A stretch of DNA of 64,000 bases, from contig JALMLS010000343.1 of assembly GCA_038496445.1 (NCBI GenBank), forward strand, positions 151,810 through 215,809, written 5' to 3'. Positions 39,200 to 50,800 of the stretch are shown one piece after another. Every line of letters starts with the position of its first letter. The first letter of the stretch is position 1. Both the position numbers and the translations under genes were made by a program. The DNA comes from Trichosphaerium sp. ATCC 40318 (lineage: Eukaryota > Protista > Tubulinea). The notes beneath the pieces were generated by a model. That model was not told where the DNA came from. It saw nothing but the letters and a program-made list of their open reading frames with translations, and did not search any database.

Positions 39200-39365
39200 T
39201 AACTCAAACTGCCATTATAAACGAGACGGGGAGTGCAAGGAGTGGACCACTAAAGGTGTTGTAAAACAGCATTGGTACTATCCAACGGCAAACTAGTTGG
39301 CCCTTACAAGGAATTCTATCGAAATGGTAATGTACAAGGGAGTGTAATTACGTTAATGGTAAAGA
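39200..39365 (+). pseudogene. Frameshifted MORN_2/YwqK-like repeat remnant
   Basis: Reading across frames gives KRDGECKEWTTKGVVKQHWYY / SNGKLVGPYKEFYRNGNV / ECNYVNGK, the G....yy.nG......y.nGk repeat pattern, broken by indels. Confidence 0.6.
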
Positions 39366-39695
39366 ACTCCCGTAGTGCCGAAGATTGTACGAAAAAAATA
39401 GGAAATATTTATCTTCTTCTTTATTGTATGGCTCTGCAATGCAGTGATATACCCAGCAGCACTTTAAACTATGTGAGCCTACCAGGTGTTATATAAGTTT
39501 CATATTCTCTCAACAAACAAGAGACGACAAAAGAGAAGCTACACCTGTGTTGTACCGTTTTATCTGAGAAAGACGCAAGCTACTTTCTACTTCATTAACT
39601 TCCCAAAATATAAGGTCACCGGAATCATGGTTAAGTCAAGTACTTTAAAGCAACTCAAGAGCGTTAGAATAAAAAACTTCCCAATTTATTTACTT

Positions 39696-40529
39696 TCAAT
39701 TATTGCTTTGTTTATCTTTCCAAGAACTCTCTTTAGCTAACTGAACTAAGCTGTTAGCAGCCAATTCTTCATGATAAAACCGTATTTGATACATAGCATC
39801 TACGGCTAGCAACTCTGATTGTTGCATAGCACTGTTTGCCTTTAGCCTTTCCTCCAGCTCCTTGTTGTGCTTATTGAGGTTGTCATTCTGAGCTCGAAGA
39901 TGGTTGTTGTTACACAACAACAGTGCATTATCATTCTCAAGCTCCTTATTACGAGTTTTGAGAGAGTCATTGACTATTCTAGAAGTCACAGTTGAGGCTT
40001 CAAAACTCATAACTTTTTTCACAAGGGAACTGTTGATATTGTCTAGACAATCACAGTCTGCGACTAGATCTGCTGAAATAATTACGCCTTTGGATCCTCG
40101 TTCCAAAGCAATCTCTGTACGTAGCATATCTGCTATCTTGTCAAACTCAAATTGTTCAACTTCAAGGCCACAGCACACAACAAACTCCACGCAATTTTTT
40201 TTGTACATAGGAATACTCGGCTGACTCCTATTTTCGTGGCAGTACTGATTACGGCCATCGACAATGAGTGTTAGAAGCTCGAAAGCTCTTTTTGGATTCG
40301 GAATCATCCGAGCAAAAGTGCTTTTCCAGCAGTTTGTGGGAACCCACTTGCCACAAACTTTTACTTGCAGCAATTCGCGGTAGACAGAAATGTCTGATCC
40401 TTTTAGTGGGCGATTCCAGCGCCAATCGGATACTCTGACTTTCGTATATACTCTCCAAAGAGCTTTAAGTACAAACCACCTTACATAGACGCCGGCTGCA
40501 CTTTTGATTGGCGGAACTTTTATCGCCAT
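39696..40529 (-). CDS. Putative HEPN (Swt1-like) domain plus coiled-coil protein; possible extra 5' exons up to about 41071
   Basis: NCWKSTFARMIPNPKRAFELLTLIVDGRNQYCHEN has an Rx4H motif at a helix end. It is followed by a heptad-rich segment (LKTRNKELENDNALL...HNKELEERL). Confidence 0.6.
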   Translation of the reverse strand: MAIKVPPIKSAAGVYVRWFVLKALWRVYTKVRVSDWRWNRPLKGSDISVYRELLQVKVCGKWVPTNCWKSTFARMIPNPKRAFELLTLIVDGRNQYCHENRSQPSIPMYKKNCVEFVVCCGLEVEQFEFDKIADMLRTEIALERGSKGVIISADLVADCDCLDNINSSLVKKVMSFEASTVTSRIVNDSLKTRNKELENDNALLLCNNNHLRAQNDNLNKHNKELEERLKANSAMQQSELLAVDAMYQIRFYHEELAANSLVQLAKESSWKDKQSNN

Positions 40530-42762
40530 TGACTCAGAGCCTGCGTACGTTCCGTTTCGAAACTCTGGAAATTTCAAAGCCGTGTTTCTACAAAAATTTA
40601 GTCGGTAATCTAGAACTAGTACAACAAAAATGGTAGTGGACTCACTTTTCACTAGATACAATTGGCAGTTTGTTTCTAGGTAACACATCAAAACAGTGAT
40701 ACATTAAAAAAAATAAGACAAAAAAAATGACGCACCTTTTGCGCTTAGGTCCATTCTCACGGTGTCTCTATCCCTTTCACCCGTTGGATCGAACCTACGT
40801 TTACTACGTGTGTGAGAAACGAAAAAAAATAATATCACGTTGTTTGTAGTGACGTACCCACGTGAATTGTTCTGTTTCTTAGGCCTGGTACGTGTGGTTG
40901 AGTATTTGTCTATCCTTGGCGCCGAAGTGCAGTGGCGTCTACTTCTACCATCATCAATTTTGCTATCTACAAGGCAGTTAGATAGTGAATACAAATACTG
41001 TAACGTGCCACCAAACGATATTGATTTGGCTCCTTCCCCCAACGTATCATTTGATTGCTTCTTGGATGCCATTGGTTCACGTGTTGTTCTTTTTGTGGTT
41101 GTAGCAGTTGGTTTTGGAAGCCTCAAGCAAGTGAAAAAAGATTCACAACAACTAAACAACAAACTTGGGTTTTTTTTACACCTACTCTTTTTCTTTTTAC
41201 GCTTAGAAATACCTTTTAGACCCTAAATGCGCGTGTTTTAGATTACTAAACATAAAATACTAATTGGTTTTCCTTATTAACCACTTAACACATACTTTAT
41301 CAGTTGTCATAGCGCGTAGTAGTGGTTTAAAACTTGAATTAATTAAATCCAGAAATTCGTTTTATCAAATCAATCAAAACGTTTTTTTTTTGATTTTTTG
41401 TTTTTCGCAACGGTTGGACCAAGCAAAATTCAGAATAAAAGGTAACTAGAGACAGTATCTAACGCTTTATTAAAACAACGTAGTTCATTAGCAAACTTTT
41501 TTTTTTGCCTCCAGCACATGAGAGGGTTGTGAAAGGATATTGAAATTGTGTCAAAGTTAGTTGATACTTGATAGATTACAGACGAATATCGCAGTACTCA
41601 CCAATGTTGGTAAACAAACAGGGCAATTATTTATAAATAGTGGGACAAAACTATTCGCCTAGACTAGCAGCTACTGGTGCTACCAACAAAAAGTGAAAGA
41701 AAAACTCACAGTGGCATACTTAGTAAAACTCGGATGGCCTCACATCTTGTAGTAAGCACCGTCGCTCCCGTTTCAGAATATGGTATCGGTTTTTATGCAG
41801 GTTATAGTCTTCTTGCAGTTGCCACAGTTGTTATTACAGCTGGTCTTGGGCGGTTTATTCTGCTATGCTGTTCAAGGACGGTGTTCAAAGTGCCTGGGCT
41901 ATTTACGACACTGTAAATCTATATTAAAGGACAGTTTAAAAGGAGTACAAGCAAAGGATGAATAGCTAAATACTCAAGTAAATAGTATGTGCGCCCAAGA
42001 TTTTCACAAGGCAAAATTAATAATTTTTGTACAGATGTTTCCATACACGATATTGGTCCTGTGTTTGATGATCCCGCATATGTGCAACTATATATTGAAG
42101 TTCTAGTTATTTGAATGGATGGTTGAATGCTATTCTCGTTGAACTGCATTTGTTGCTTCAGCACGTGAGAAGTAGGACATCACATGCAACATTGGCTTTC
42201 TTTTGTTTTTTACCCATTGTCACGGTCACCGTGGCCTTTTGTCGGCAGCTTTATTGTGCTGCTTGCTTTTGTTGTTCGACATTGTCTCACATTCTTTCTA
42301 CGAATCTCACGGCAGTTCTGGCAGCTGGTACTTCAGAAAAAGCAAGTGTTGCATAAAAAACAAATTACTATTGTACATTTTATGTTGTAAGATGTAATGA
42401 TTCGATGCTCTAAGTGAGAAACGTTATGCCATCTCATTGTAACATCCACAAAGAGAGTGGTCGATTACCGCTCTCATATCTACACCAGCTAATAGGTCAG
42501 GTTCTTTATTCTTTTTTTTCCACAACTTAATATAAACTTCAGTATCATACGTGTTAGCTTACCCAAGAGTAGTTGTTAAAAAGCTGGCTCGGCTTAGAGC
42601 ATAGATCACTATTCAGAGCCAAACAAAAATAGGTTAACGACTGAACTAACCAAAAAAAAACCATAATAACCTGAGGGTTAATCTACGACTAGAACTTGGG
42701 TTAATATTTTTCGTATCACCCACAATGGTTTATTTGTTATTACAACAATTAAATAAAGCCCC

Positions 42763-44543
42763 TTATTTCTCAACATGTAAACAAATTGGACAATGGCTAC
42801 AACAGTTAGAGAAAAACAAAAGCAAAGAAAGACTCTAAATTTTTTTGTAAAATCACATACTCTGAGCCTTGAATGAAAGGACGAATATAACTTTCTTTCA
42901 CTTTTGGCATTAATCTCTCAGACACAACAAAGTAGTCAAGACGCCAACCAATATTCTTTTTACGACAGCTGAACTTGTAGGTCCAGAAAGTGTAACAATT
43001 CAGCTCTTCTGGATTGAACTCTCTACAAAAAAAAACGTGTTAACAACTGTATTCTCAGTGGCTTTTTTATGTTACCTGTATGTATCTACAAATCCATCTT
43101 TTAGGAAAGAGTCGAAACTCTCACGTTCTTTATCAGTAAATCCAGAGGTTTTACGCTGTTTTGAGAAGAAAAAAATAAGAAAACAAATTCTAACTTAGAC
43201 TGAGTTTTTAACGTACGTTTGTTTTTGGATTGCAAATATCGAGTTCTAGACGGCCTACCTATTGTAACAAGTATTAGAATATATCATTCCCAATTAAACA
43301 ATATAATTGTAGTAAAATAAGGCATACATTGAGATCACCAGTCCATATAATTGGCTTTTTTTTATCGAGTTCTTTCAAATAAGCGAAAAAGTGCTTATCC
43401 CAATCAAGACGCTTTTCAAGGTTCTTTGGCCTTCAAAAATCACGTGTCAGTAACAAAGGGTAACACAAAAGAATTAACATTACCATCCCTTATCATCTCC
43501 TTCCTTGGATTTAGCACCTACAACAGTTTTAACAAGACATGAGAGTTGGCTGTATAATCGTACCAGAATTAGGAATATATGTGGCAATGAGATAGTAGGA
43601 CTCATATTCCGCTGTTATAGCCTTACGTCACCGCTTAGATATTTAAACAAAAAGAATGTTCTTACCCTTCCTTCGGTATCATGATCTGGCACACCCATAC
43701 CTTTAGTTACTTTGATGGGTTTCTCTTTTGAGAAAATCCTAAACATGGATTCAAAAAAAAATTCCAAGAAAAAAGTTAGTTTGTTTCCAAAGCTTACGCT
43801 GTCCCAGCATATCCAGCATTATAACTAACAAACAAGAAGTTAATACACTACCAATATATATATCTTATTAACGTACTTGCAGGAGTAAAAATAGCCTTCA
43901 TAACCTACAAAGTGACCTTTAACTTTTGCTTCTGAAATTGTTTTTTTTTTGTTGAAACTTACCGAGGTCTTTGAGGTAGTCTTTGTCCTTTGTTGTATCG
44001 ACTATCTTTGTTTCTCCAAGGCAAATTATATCAGGGTCTTCTTCTTCAATGTACTCTAAGCCGTTGTGAGAGGTTGGAGTGACAGTTTTGTACTGACCTT
44101 TAAAACCCTTCTTTTTGATAGCGTTCCAGCTTGCTACGTTCCACGATACGATTTTAAGCTCGCCACTGGGTTTTTGAGTAAGTTTAAGCAAAAAAATACA
44201 CAACTTGATAATAATGGTTTCAGGCGAATACCAGCGCGTAAAAAACACCACAAACGCAGTTTTTAGCGTTTGATGCGGGTTTTATTTTAAAAGGCGTACT
44301 CTCCTAATTCTGGTGTTGAGAAATCAGTCTCAGGTAATGGATCTGGGAATGGAGCAGGTTTCTACAAATATTTGAGCGAGTGTCAAAAAAAAAAAAGCAC
44401 ACGTACCTCATGGTCTTCGCCTGGGCGCTTTACACGCTTCTGTCTCTTCTTTGCTGGCGTTTTCTAAACAATGTTAGCAAGATTTGACAATCTTCGTTGA
44501 AAACGCGTTCTTTTTTTGCTGGTGCTGCTCTCTTCTTACTCAT
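42763..44543 (-). CDS. APEX1: AP endonuclease, ExoIII/APE1 family (multi-exon)
   Basis: Basic N-terminus, LKIVSWNV, EEEDPDIICLGETK, GYAGT, EGR, ATYIPNSG, GDLN, GWRLDYFVVS, GSD|HCPI. Confidence 0.93.
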
Positions 44544-44807
44544 TGTAGATAGTACTATAAGATGTGATGGTTTATTGCGCGCTTCTCCTAACTTGAACAA
44601 AAATAAAACAGCTGACTGAAAAAAAAAGCCCGCGAAAGTAAGCGGTGTTCAGTGATTGTGTTTCACGTCGACAACATTTTTTTAACGCCCAAATAGAAGA
44701 CCATTTAACAACACAAACGTACAACTTAAAATTTATGAGACAAAGGTAATTATAGGCTTTACAAAAAACCGCCTTTACAAAACAGGATTTTAAAAAAATC
44801 CTTTGAA

Positions 44808-47800
44808 TTATTTCTTTGGTCCAATGATGACCCTCTTACGGGCGTATTCGCCTTTTACTTCTTCTTCTCCACTTGATGAAGATGAGCTTGAAGATGATGA
44901 GCTTGATGAGCTTTCTTCGTCTTTATTATCGTCCAGTTCGTCTTTTCCTTTGAATTTGCTCTTGTTTAGAATTACTAACCATTTCTTTGTCCACTCTTCG
45001 TTTGGTGTTCCAAAGCGGTACCTACGTGTACAGATTAGAAAAAGAACACTGTAAGACTTGTATTTGAATTTCTTTCACAATAAAATCACGTTTTTATCCA
45101 CGTGGTTAACTACGTACTTTCGGCCCTTGTTTGTAATAACATAGAGGACATGTAGTTTCTCAATTTTAGTTCCTTTGACTTCTACTTTGTCCACAGGACC
45201 TGCTTCTCCACCAGTCAAATCGTAGTGACCGTATGGGCTCTTAGACTTAGCAGATTTGAATTTGTAGAGGATTCCGTTACGGTAAACCATCCTAAGAGGT
45301 CAACGATTAGAGAAATGTCGAAAAACTCATTCAAACTTTTGTTAAAATACGTACCACATCTTTTTGGTGTTGTAAGTCTTCTTCCTGTCATCACCACACT
45401 TGTGCATGTATCCGCAGTACTCACGTACTTTGGTTGTTGTAACACCGACCTTGTTGAGAACAAGGAAGTCTTGTACTTGTCGTGAATCGAGGAGCTCAGG
45501 AACTTTCATTACGTCTGATAACCTAGAATAGAAATCAACAAAAAGTCCTCACACCTTTTTTTTTAAAAGACGTACCAAACACCAAGTTTGGCTTGTCTCT
45601 TATCAGCATGGGCTGGTACTAGCGTACGACGCAATTTCTTTGATACGAGGCCTTTAGGTACTTTACCTTTAAACTGTGTCTTCAACTAAGAGAAAAAAAT
45701 CAGTAACTTTCTTGAATAGGTTTTGTTTTCTCTTTGAACGTACGGTATTGTTTAGGTTATTAAAGTGGTTATAACGACGATATACAACCCATCTTGTGTA
45801 TCTTAGATCAACCAAGATTTTAAAGACAGTGTATCGGCGACCCTTTCGTTTAAGTAACTCATTGTCTAAAATGAGAACTTCAAAGTCTCCTTCTACTTTT
45901 TGGATACCAGTAGATTCGCCGTCACTATCACGTGTTAGTAAAAAAAAATTCTATTTTATTCTTTTCTTTAATCTTGCTTACCCTTTCATTGAACTCAAGC
46001 GCCATAGCTTCTTATCGCGGGCAGTAGCCTTGCCAACGTTTGCTTTTCCGCTTGCTTTCAAGTTCATCTTTCCTTTGTGACCTTTTTTGCCTCCGTCAGA
46101 AGAAGAGCTAGAGCTTGAGTCATCAGAACTATCTCTTTCGCCCTTTCCTTTGACCTTTAGGTTCATCTTTGCAGAACCTTTGGCTTTAAAACCGCCCTAA
46201 AACGCAACAATCAATAAACAGAACAAAAAGTTTCCTCCTTTAGAATAAAAAACACCACAAAAATCGTACTTGAGCTTTACCGCCCTTCTTTCCGCCAATT
46301 TTGCCTCCGACAGAAATGCCCATTTTTCCGTGTCCTTTGGACTTTCCTTTGCCTAACAACGGAGTCAGTCTTTATTCTTGTTGGTTCGAAAAATAAACCC
46401 AAAATTGCCAACGTACTGTCTTTGCTTGACGAAGAGGATGACGACGATGATGAGCCAGAATCGGAAGTATCATCTGTACTATGTGTTCCTCTTCCTTTTC
46501 CTTTGACTTTCATGCCTCCAGAAACCTTTGGGCCCTTGGCTTTTCCAAAACCCATCTTGCCTCCTTTGCCTTTTCCTTTAACATCACCGCTTACTTTAAG
46601 ATCTCCACCGACTTTAGCTCCTTTGTGACCTTTTCCTTTACCGCTTAAGCCTAGTTTGAATCCACCGCCACCTGATTTCTTCTTGTGACCGCCTAAACAA
46701 CGATTAGAGACACGTGACATCCAAGATAAGAAAGAAATAAAAAAAAAGGTTCGTACCACCAGATGATGAGCTTCCAGAAGAAGATGACGATGAGGAAGAA
46801 CCGGAGTGAGATCCACTTCCTTTTACTTTACCGCCAAATCCGAATTTACCCTTAGGCTTATCGACTTTGACTTTAACGTCTCCGCCGACTTTGACATCAG
46901 CGTCAACGTCTACACCGCCTTTGGCTTTGACTTTCTTTCCCTTAGACTTTCCAAGAGATCCGAAACCGAATTTTCCTTTTGGTTTGTCGCCCTTGACTTT
47001 GACATCTCCGCCAACTTTAGGTCCTTTGACATCGACGTCAGCGCTTCCCTTGGATTTTCCTTGACCACTAAAGCCAAGCTTGAAACCAGCGCCGCCTGTT
47101 TTATTCTTTCCACCGCCACTAGAGCTGGACGATGAAGATGAGGATGTGCCAGAGTGAGATCCACTTCCTTTCACTTTTCCTCCAAAGCCAAATTTGCCTT
47201 TTGGTTTGTCGCCTTTGACTTTCACGTCACCGCCGACCTTTGGTCCCTTGGCTTTTGCGCTTCCTCCAAGTCCGAATCCAAAGCCACCTGACTTTTTCTT
47301 CTTGCCATCACCTGAAGATGAAGAGGATGATGAGGTTCCTGAGTGAGATCCTCCACCTTTTCCTTTTCCGCCGAAACCGAAGCCAAACTTGCCCTTTGGT
47401 TTATCACCTTTGACTTTGACATCTCCGCTGACTTTAACATCAACATCGACATCTCCGCCCTTGGCTTTACCTGAACCGAAACCGAATTTACCCTTTGGTT
47501 TGTCGCCCTTTACATTGACATCTCCGCCAACCTTGACATCACCGCCGACTTTTGGGCCTTTGGCTTTACCGCCGAAACCCATCTTGAAGCCGCCACCGGA
47601 TTTGCCTTTTCCTAAAATACTCTTAGACAACTACATAAGTCAAACAATTATCGTACCGTCACCAGAGCTAGAACTAGATGAAGAGGATGAAGAAGTGCCA
47701 GAGTGAGATCCACCTGCTTTTACTTTTCCTCCGAAACCGAATTTACCCTTTGGTTTATCACCCTTTACCTTGACGTCTCCGCCAACCTTTGGTCCTTTGG

Positions 47801-50800
47801 CTTTTGCGCTTCCTTTGAGACCGAATCCAAAGCCACCTGACTTTTTCTTCTTGCCATCACCAGAAGACGAAGATGAGGTTCCATCTCCGCCTCCTTTTCC
47901 TTTTCCGCCGAAGCCAAATCCAAATTTTCCTTTTGGCTTGTCGCCCTTGACTTTGACATCGCCACTGACTTTAGGTCCTTTGACGTCAACATCGAGATCA
48001 GCACCGCCTTTTGTTTTACCGCTGCCACCAAATCCAAATTTACCCTTTGGTTTGTCGCCCTTAACCTTGACGTCTCCACCGACCTTGACATCGCCACCGA
48101 CTTTAGGTCCTTTAGCTTTTCCGCCAAAGCCCATTTTGAAGCCTCCGCCGCCTGATTTCTTACCTGTGAATGTACAAGTTAATACAACGCTAACATCAGT
48201 AGATTATTTTCTACTACGTACCATCAGAGCTTGAAGAGGATGAAGATGATGAAGTGCCAGAGTGTGATCCGCCACCTTTTCCTTTACCACCAAAACCGAA
48301 ACCGAATTTTCCTTTTGGTTTGTCGCCTTTGACTTTGACATCTCCGCCGACTTTAGGTCCTTTGACATTAACATCGACATCAGCGCCGCCTTTGGTCTTT
48401 CCGCCGGCACCAAATCCGAAATTGCCCTTTGGCTTGTCACCCTTTACCTTGACGTCTCCGCCAACCTTTGGGCTCTTGCCTTTGGCACTTCCTTTGAGTC
48501 CAAATCCGAAGCCACCTGACTTTTTCTTCTTTCCATCACCGGATGAAGAGGATGAAGAAGAAGAACCGGAGTGAGATCCACCTCCTTTTCCTTTTCCTCC
48601 AAGTCCAAATCCGAACTTTCCTTTTGGCTTGTCGCCTTTGACTTTGACGTCTCCGCCGACTTTAGGTCCTTTGACGTCGATATCAACATCAGCACCGCCT
48701 TTTGTTTTACCGCTGCCACCAAATCCGAACTTTCCTTTTGGTTTGTCTCCTTTAACCTTGACGTCTCCGCCAACTTTAGGTCCTTTGGCTTTACCGCCGA
48801 AGCCCATTTTGAAGCCTCCGCCACCTGATTTCTTTTTACCTGAAAAGAAAGAATAAGATAAATAATATGTTAAAATAGTGATAACTTACCATCAGAGCTA
48901 GAGGATGAAGATGATGAAGTACCAGAGTGTGATCCTCCACCCTTTCCTTTTCCACCGAGACCGAATCCAAACTTGCCCTTTGGCTTGTCACCCTTGATCT
49001 TGACGTCACCGCCAACTTTAGGTCCTTTGACATCTACGTCAACATCAGCGCCGCCTTTAGTTTTACCGCCAGCGCCGAATCCGAATTTGCCCTTCGGTTT
49101 GTCGCCCTTGACTTTGACATCTCCGCCGACTTTAGGTCCCTTCGCTTTACCGCCGAAACCCATTTTGAAGCCGCCTCCAGATTTGCCTTTTCCTAAAACA
49201 ACGAAAAAGGTAAGATAAAGCTAGACATACTGAACAAGGTTAGTATGAGCCACGTACCGTCACCAGAGCTGGAACTAGATGATGAGGATGTGCCAGAGTG
49301 AGATCCACCTCCTTTTCCTTTGCCACCGAAGCCAAATCCAAATTTACCCTTTGGTTTGTCTCCTTTGACTTTCACGTCTCCGCCAACTTTTGGTCCTTTG
49401 ACGTCGATATCTACATCTGCGCCGCCTTTGGTCTTTCCGCCAGCGCCAAATCCGAATTTTCCTTTTGGTTTATCGCCCTTAACCTTTACGTCACCGCCGA
49501 CTTTGACATCGCCACCGACTTTAGGTCCTTTGGCTTTGCCTCCGAAACCCATTTTGAAGCCTCCGCCGCCTGATTTCTTTTTACCTTAAAAGAACAAGTT
49601 AGCAACAATAAACTCAGAACCTAAACTTACCATCAGAGCTTGAGGAGGAAGACGAAGAGGATGAACCAGAGTGAGATCCGCCACCCTTTCCTTTGCCACC
49701 AAGACCGAAGCCAAATTTGCCTTTAGGTTTATCACCTTTTACCTTGACATCACCGCCGACTTTAGGGCCTTTGACATCAATGTCAACATCAGCGCCGCCT
49801 TTAGTTTTACCGCCGGCACCGAAACCGAATTTACCCTTTGGCTTGTCACCTTTGACTTTGACATCACCGCCGACCTTTGGGCTCTTGCCTTTGGCGCTTC
49901 CTTTGAGACCGAATCCAAAGCCGCCTGACTTTTTCTTCTTTCCATCGCCTGAAGATGACGACGAAGAAGAGGAACCGGAGTGAGATCCACCTCCTTTTCC
50001 TTTTCCGCCAAGTCCAAATCCGAATTTGCCCTTAGGTTTGTCGCCCTTGACTTTGACGTCACCGCCAACTTTAGGGCCTTTGACATCAATGTCAACGTCA
50101 GCACCGCCTTTAGTTTTACCGCCAGCGCCGAAACCGAATTTACCTTTTGGTTTGTCACCTTTGACTTTTACGTCTCCGCCGACCTTTGGTCCTTTAGCTT
50201 TTCCGCCAAAGCCCATTTTGAAGCCTCCGCCGCCTGATTTCTTTTTACCTGAGAACAAACAAGTCAGCACAATACAAACTGAAAAAGATAAGTGTTGTTT
50301 TTTGTTTACCATCAGAGCTGGAGGATGAAGATGAGGAAGTGCCAGAGTGAGATCCACTTCCTTTTACTTTTCCTTTGCCACCGAGTCCGAAACCGAACTT
50401 TCCTTTTGGCTTATCACCCTTGACTTTGACATCTCCACCGACTTTAGGGCCTTTAATATCAACATCAACATCAGCGCCACCTTTGGTTTTACCGCCGAAA
50501 CCGAATTTACCCTTTGGCTTGTCGCCCTTTACCTTGACGTCACCGCCAACCTTTGGTCCTTTGGCTTTTGCGCTTCCTTTGAGACCGAATCCAAAGCCGC
50601 CTGACTTTTTCTTCTTTCCATCACCTGATGAAGAAGAAGATGAAGAAGAGGAACCGGAGTGAGATCCACCACCTTTTCCTTTTCCACCAAGTCCAAATCC
50701 GAATTTGCCTTTTGGCTTGTCGCCTTTGACTTTGACGTCTCCGCCAACTTTAGGTCCTTTGACATTAACATCGAGATCAGCGCCGCCTTTTGTTTTACCG

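Noticed and set aside
42184-42390. SPWPF motif resembling the cox3 N-terminus (NUMT), with in-frame TGA codons upstream
   Set aside because: The similarity is limited to a few residues and there is no downstream cox3 match.
30801-42400. Complete endogenous giant-virus or Polinton insertion
   Set aside because: No hallmark viral genes or terminal repeats are seen, and intron-containing host-type genes are interleaved.
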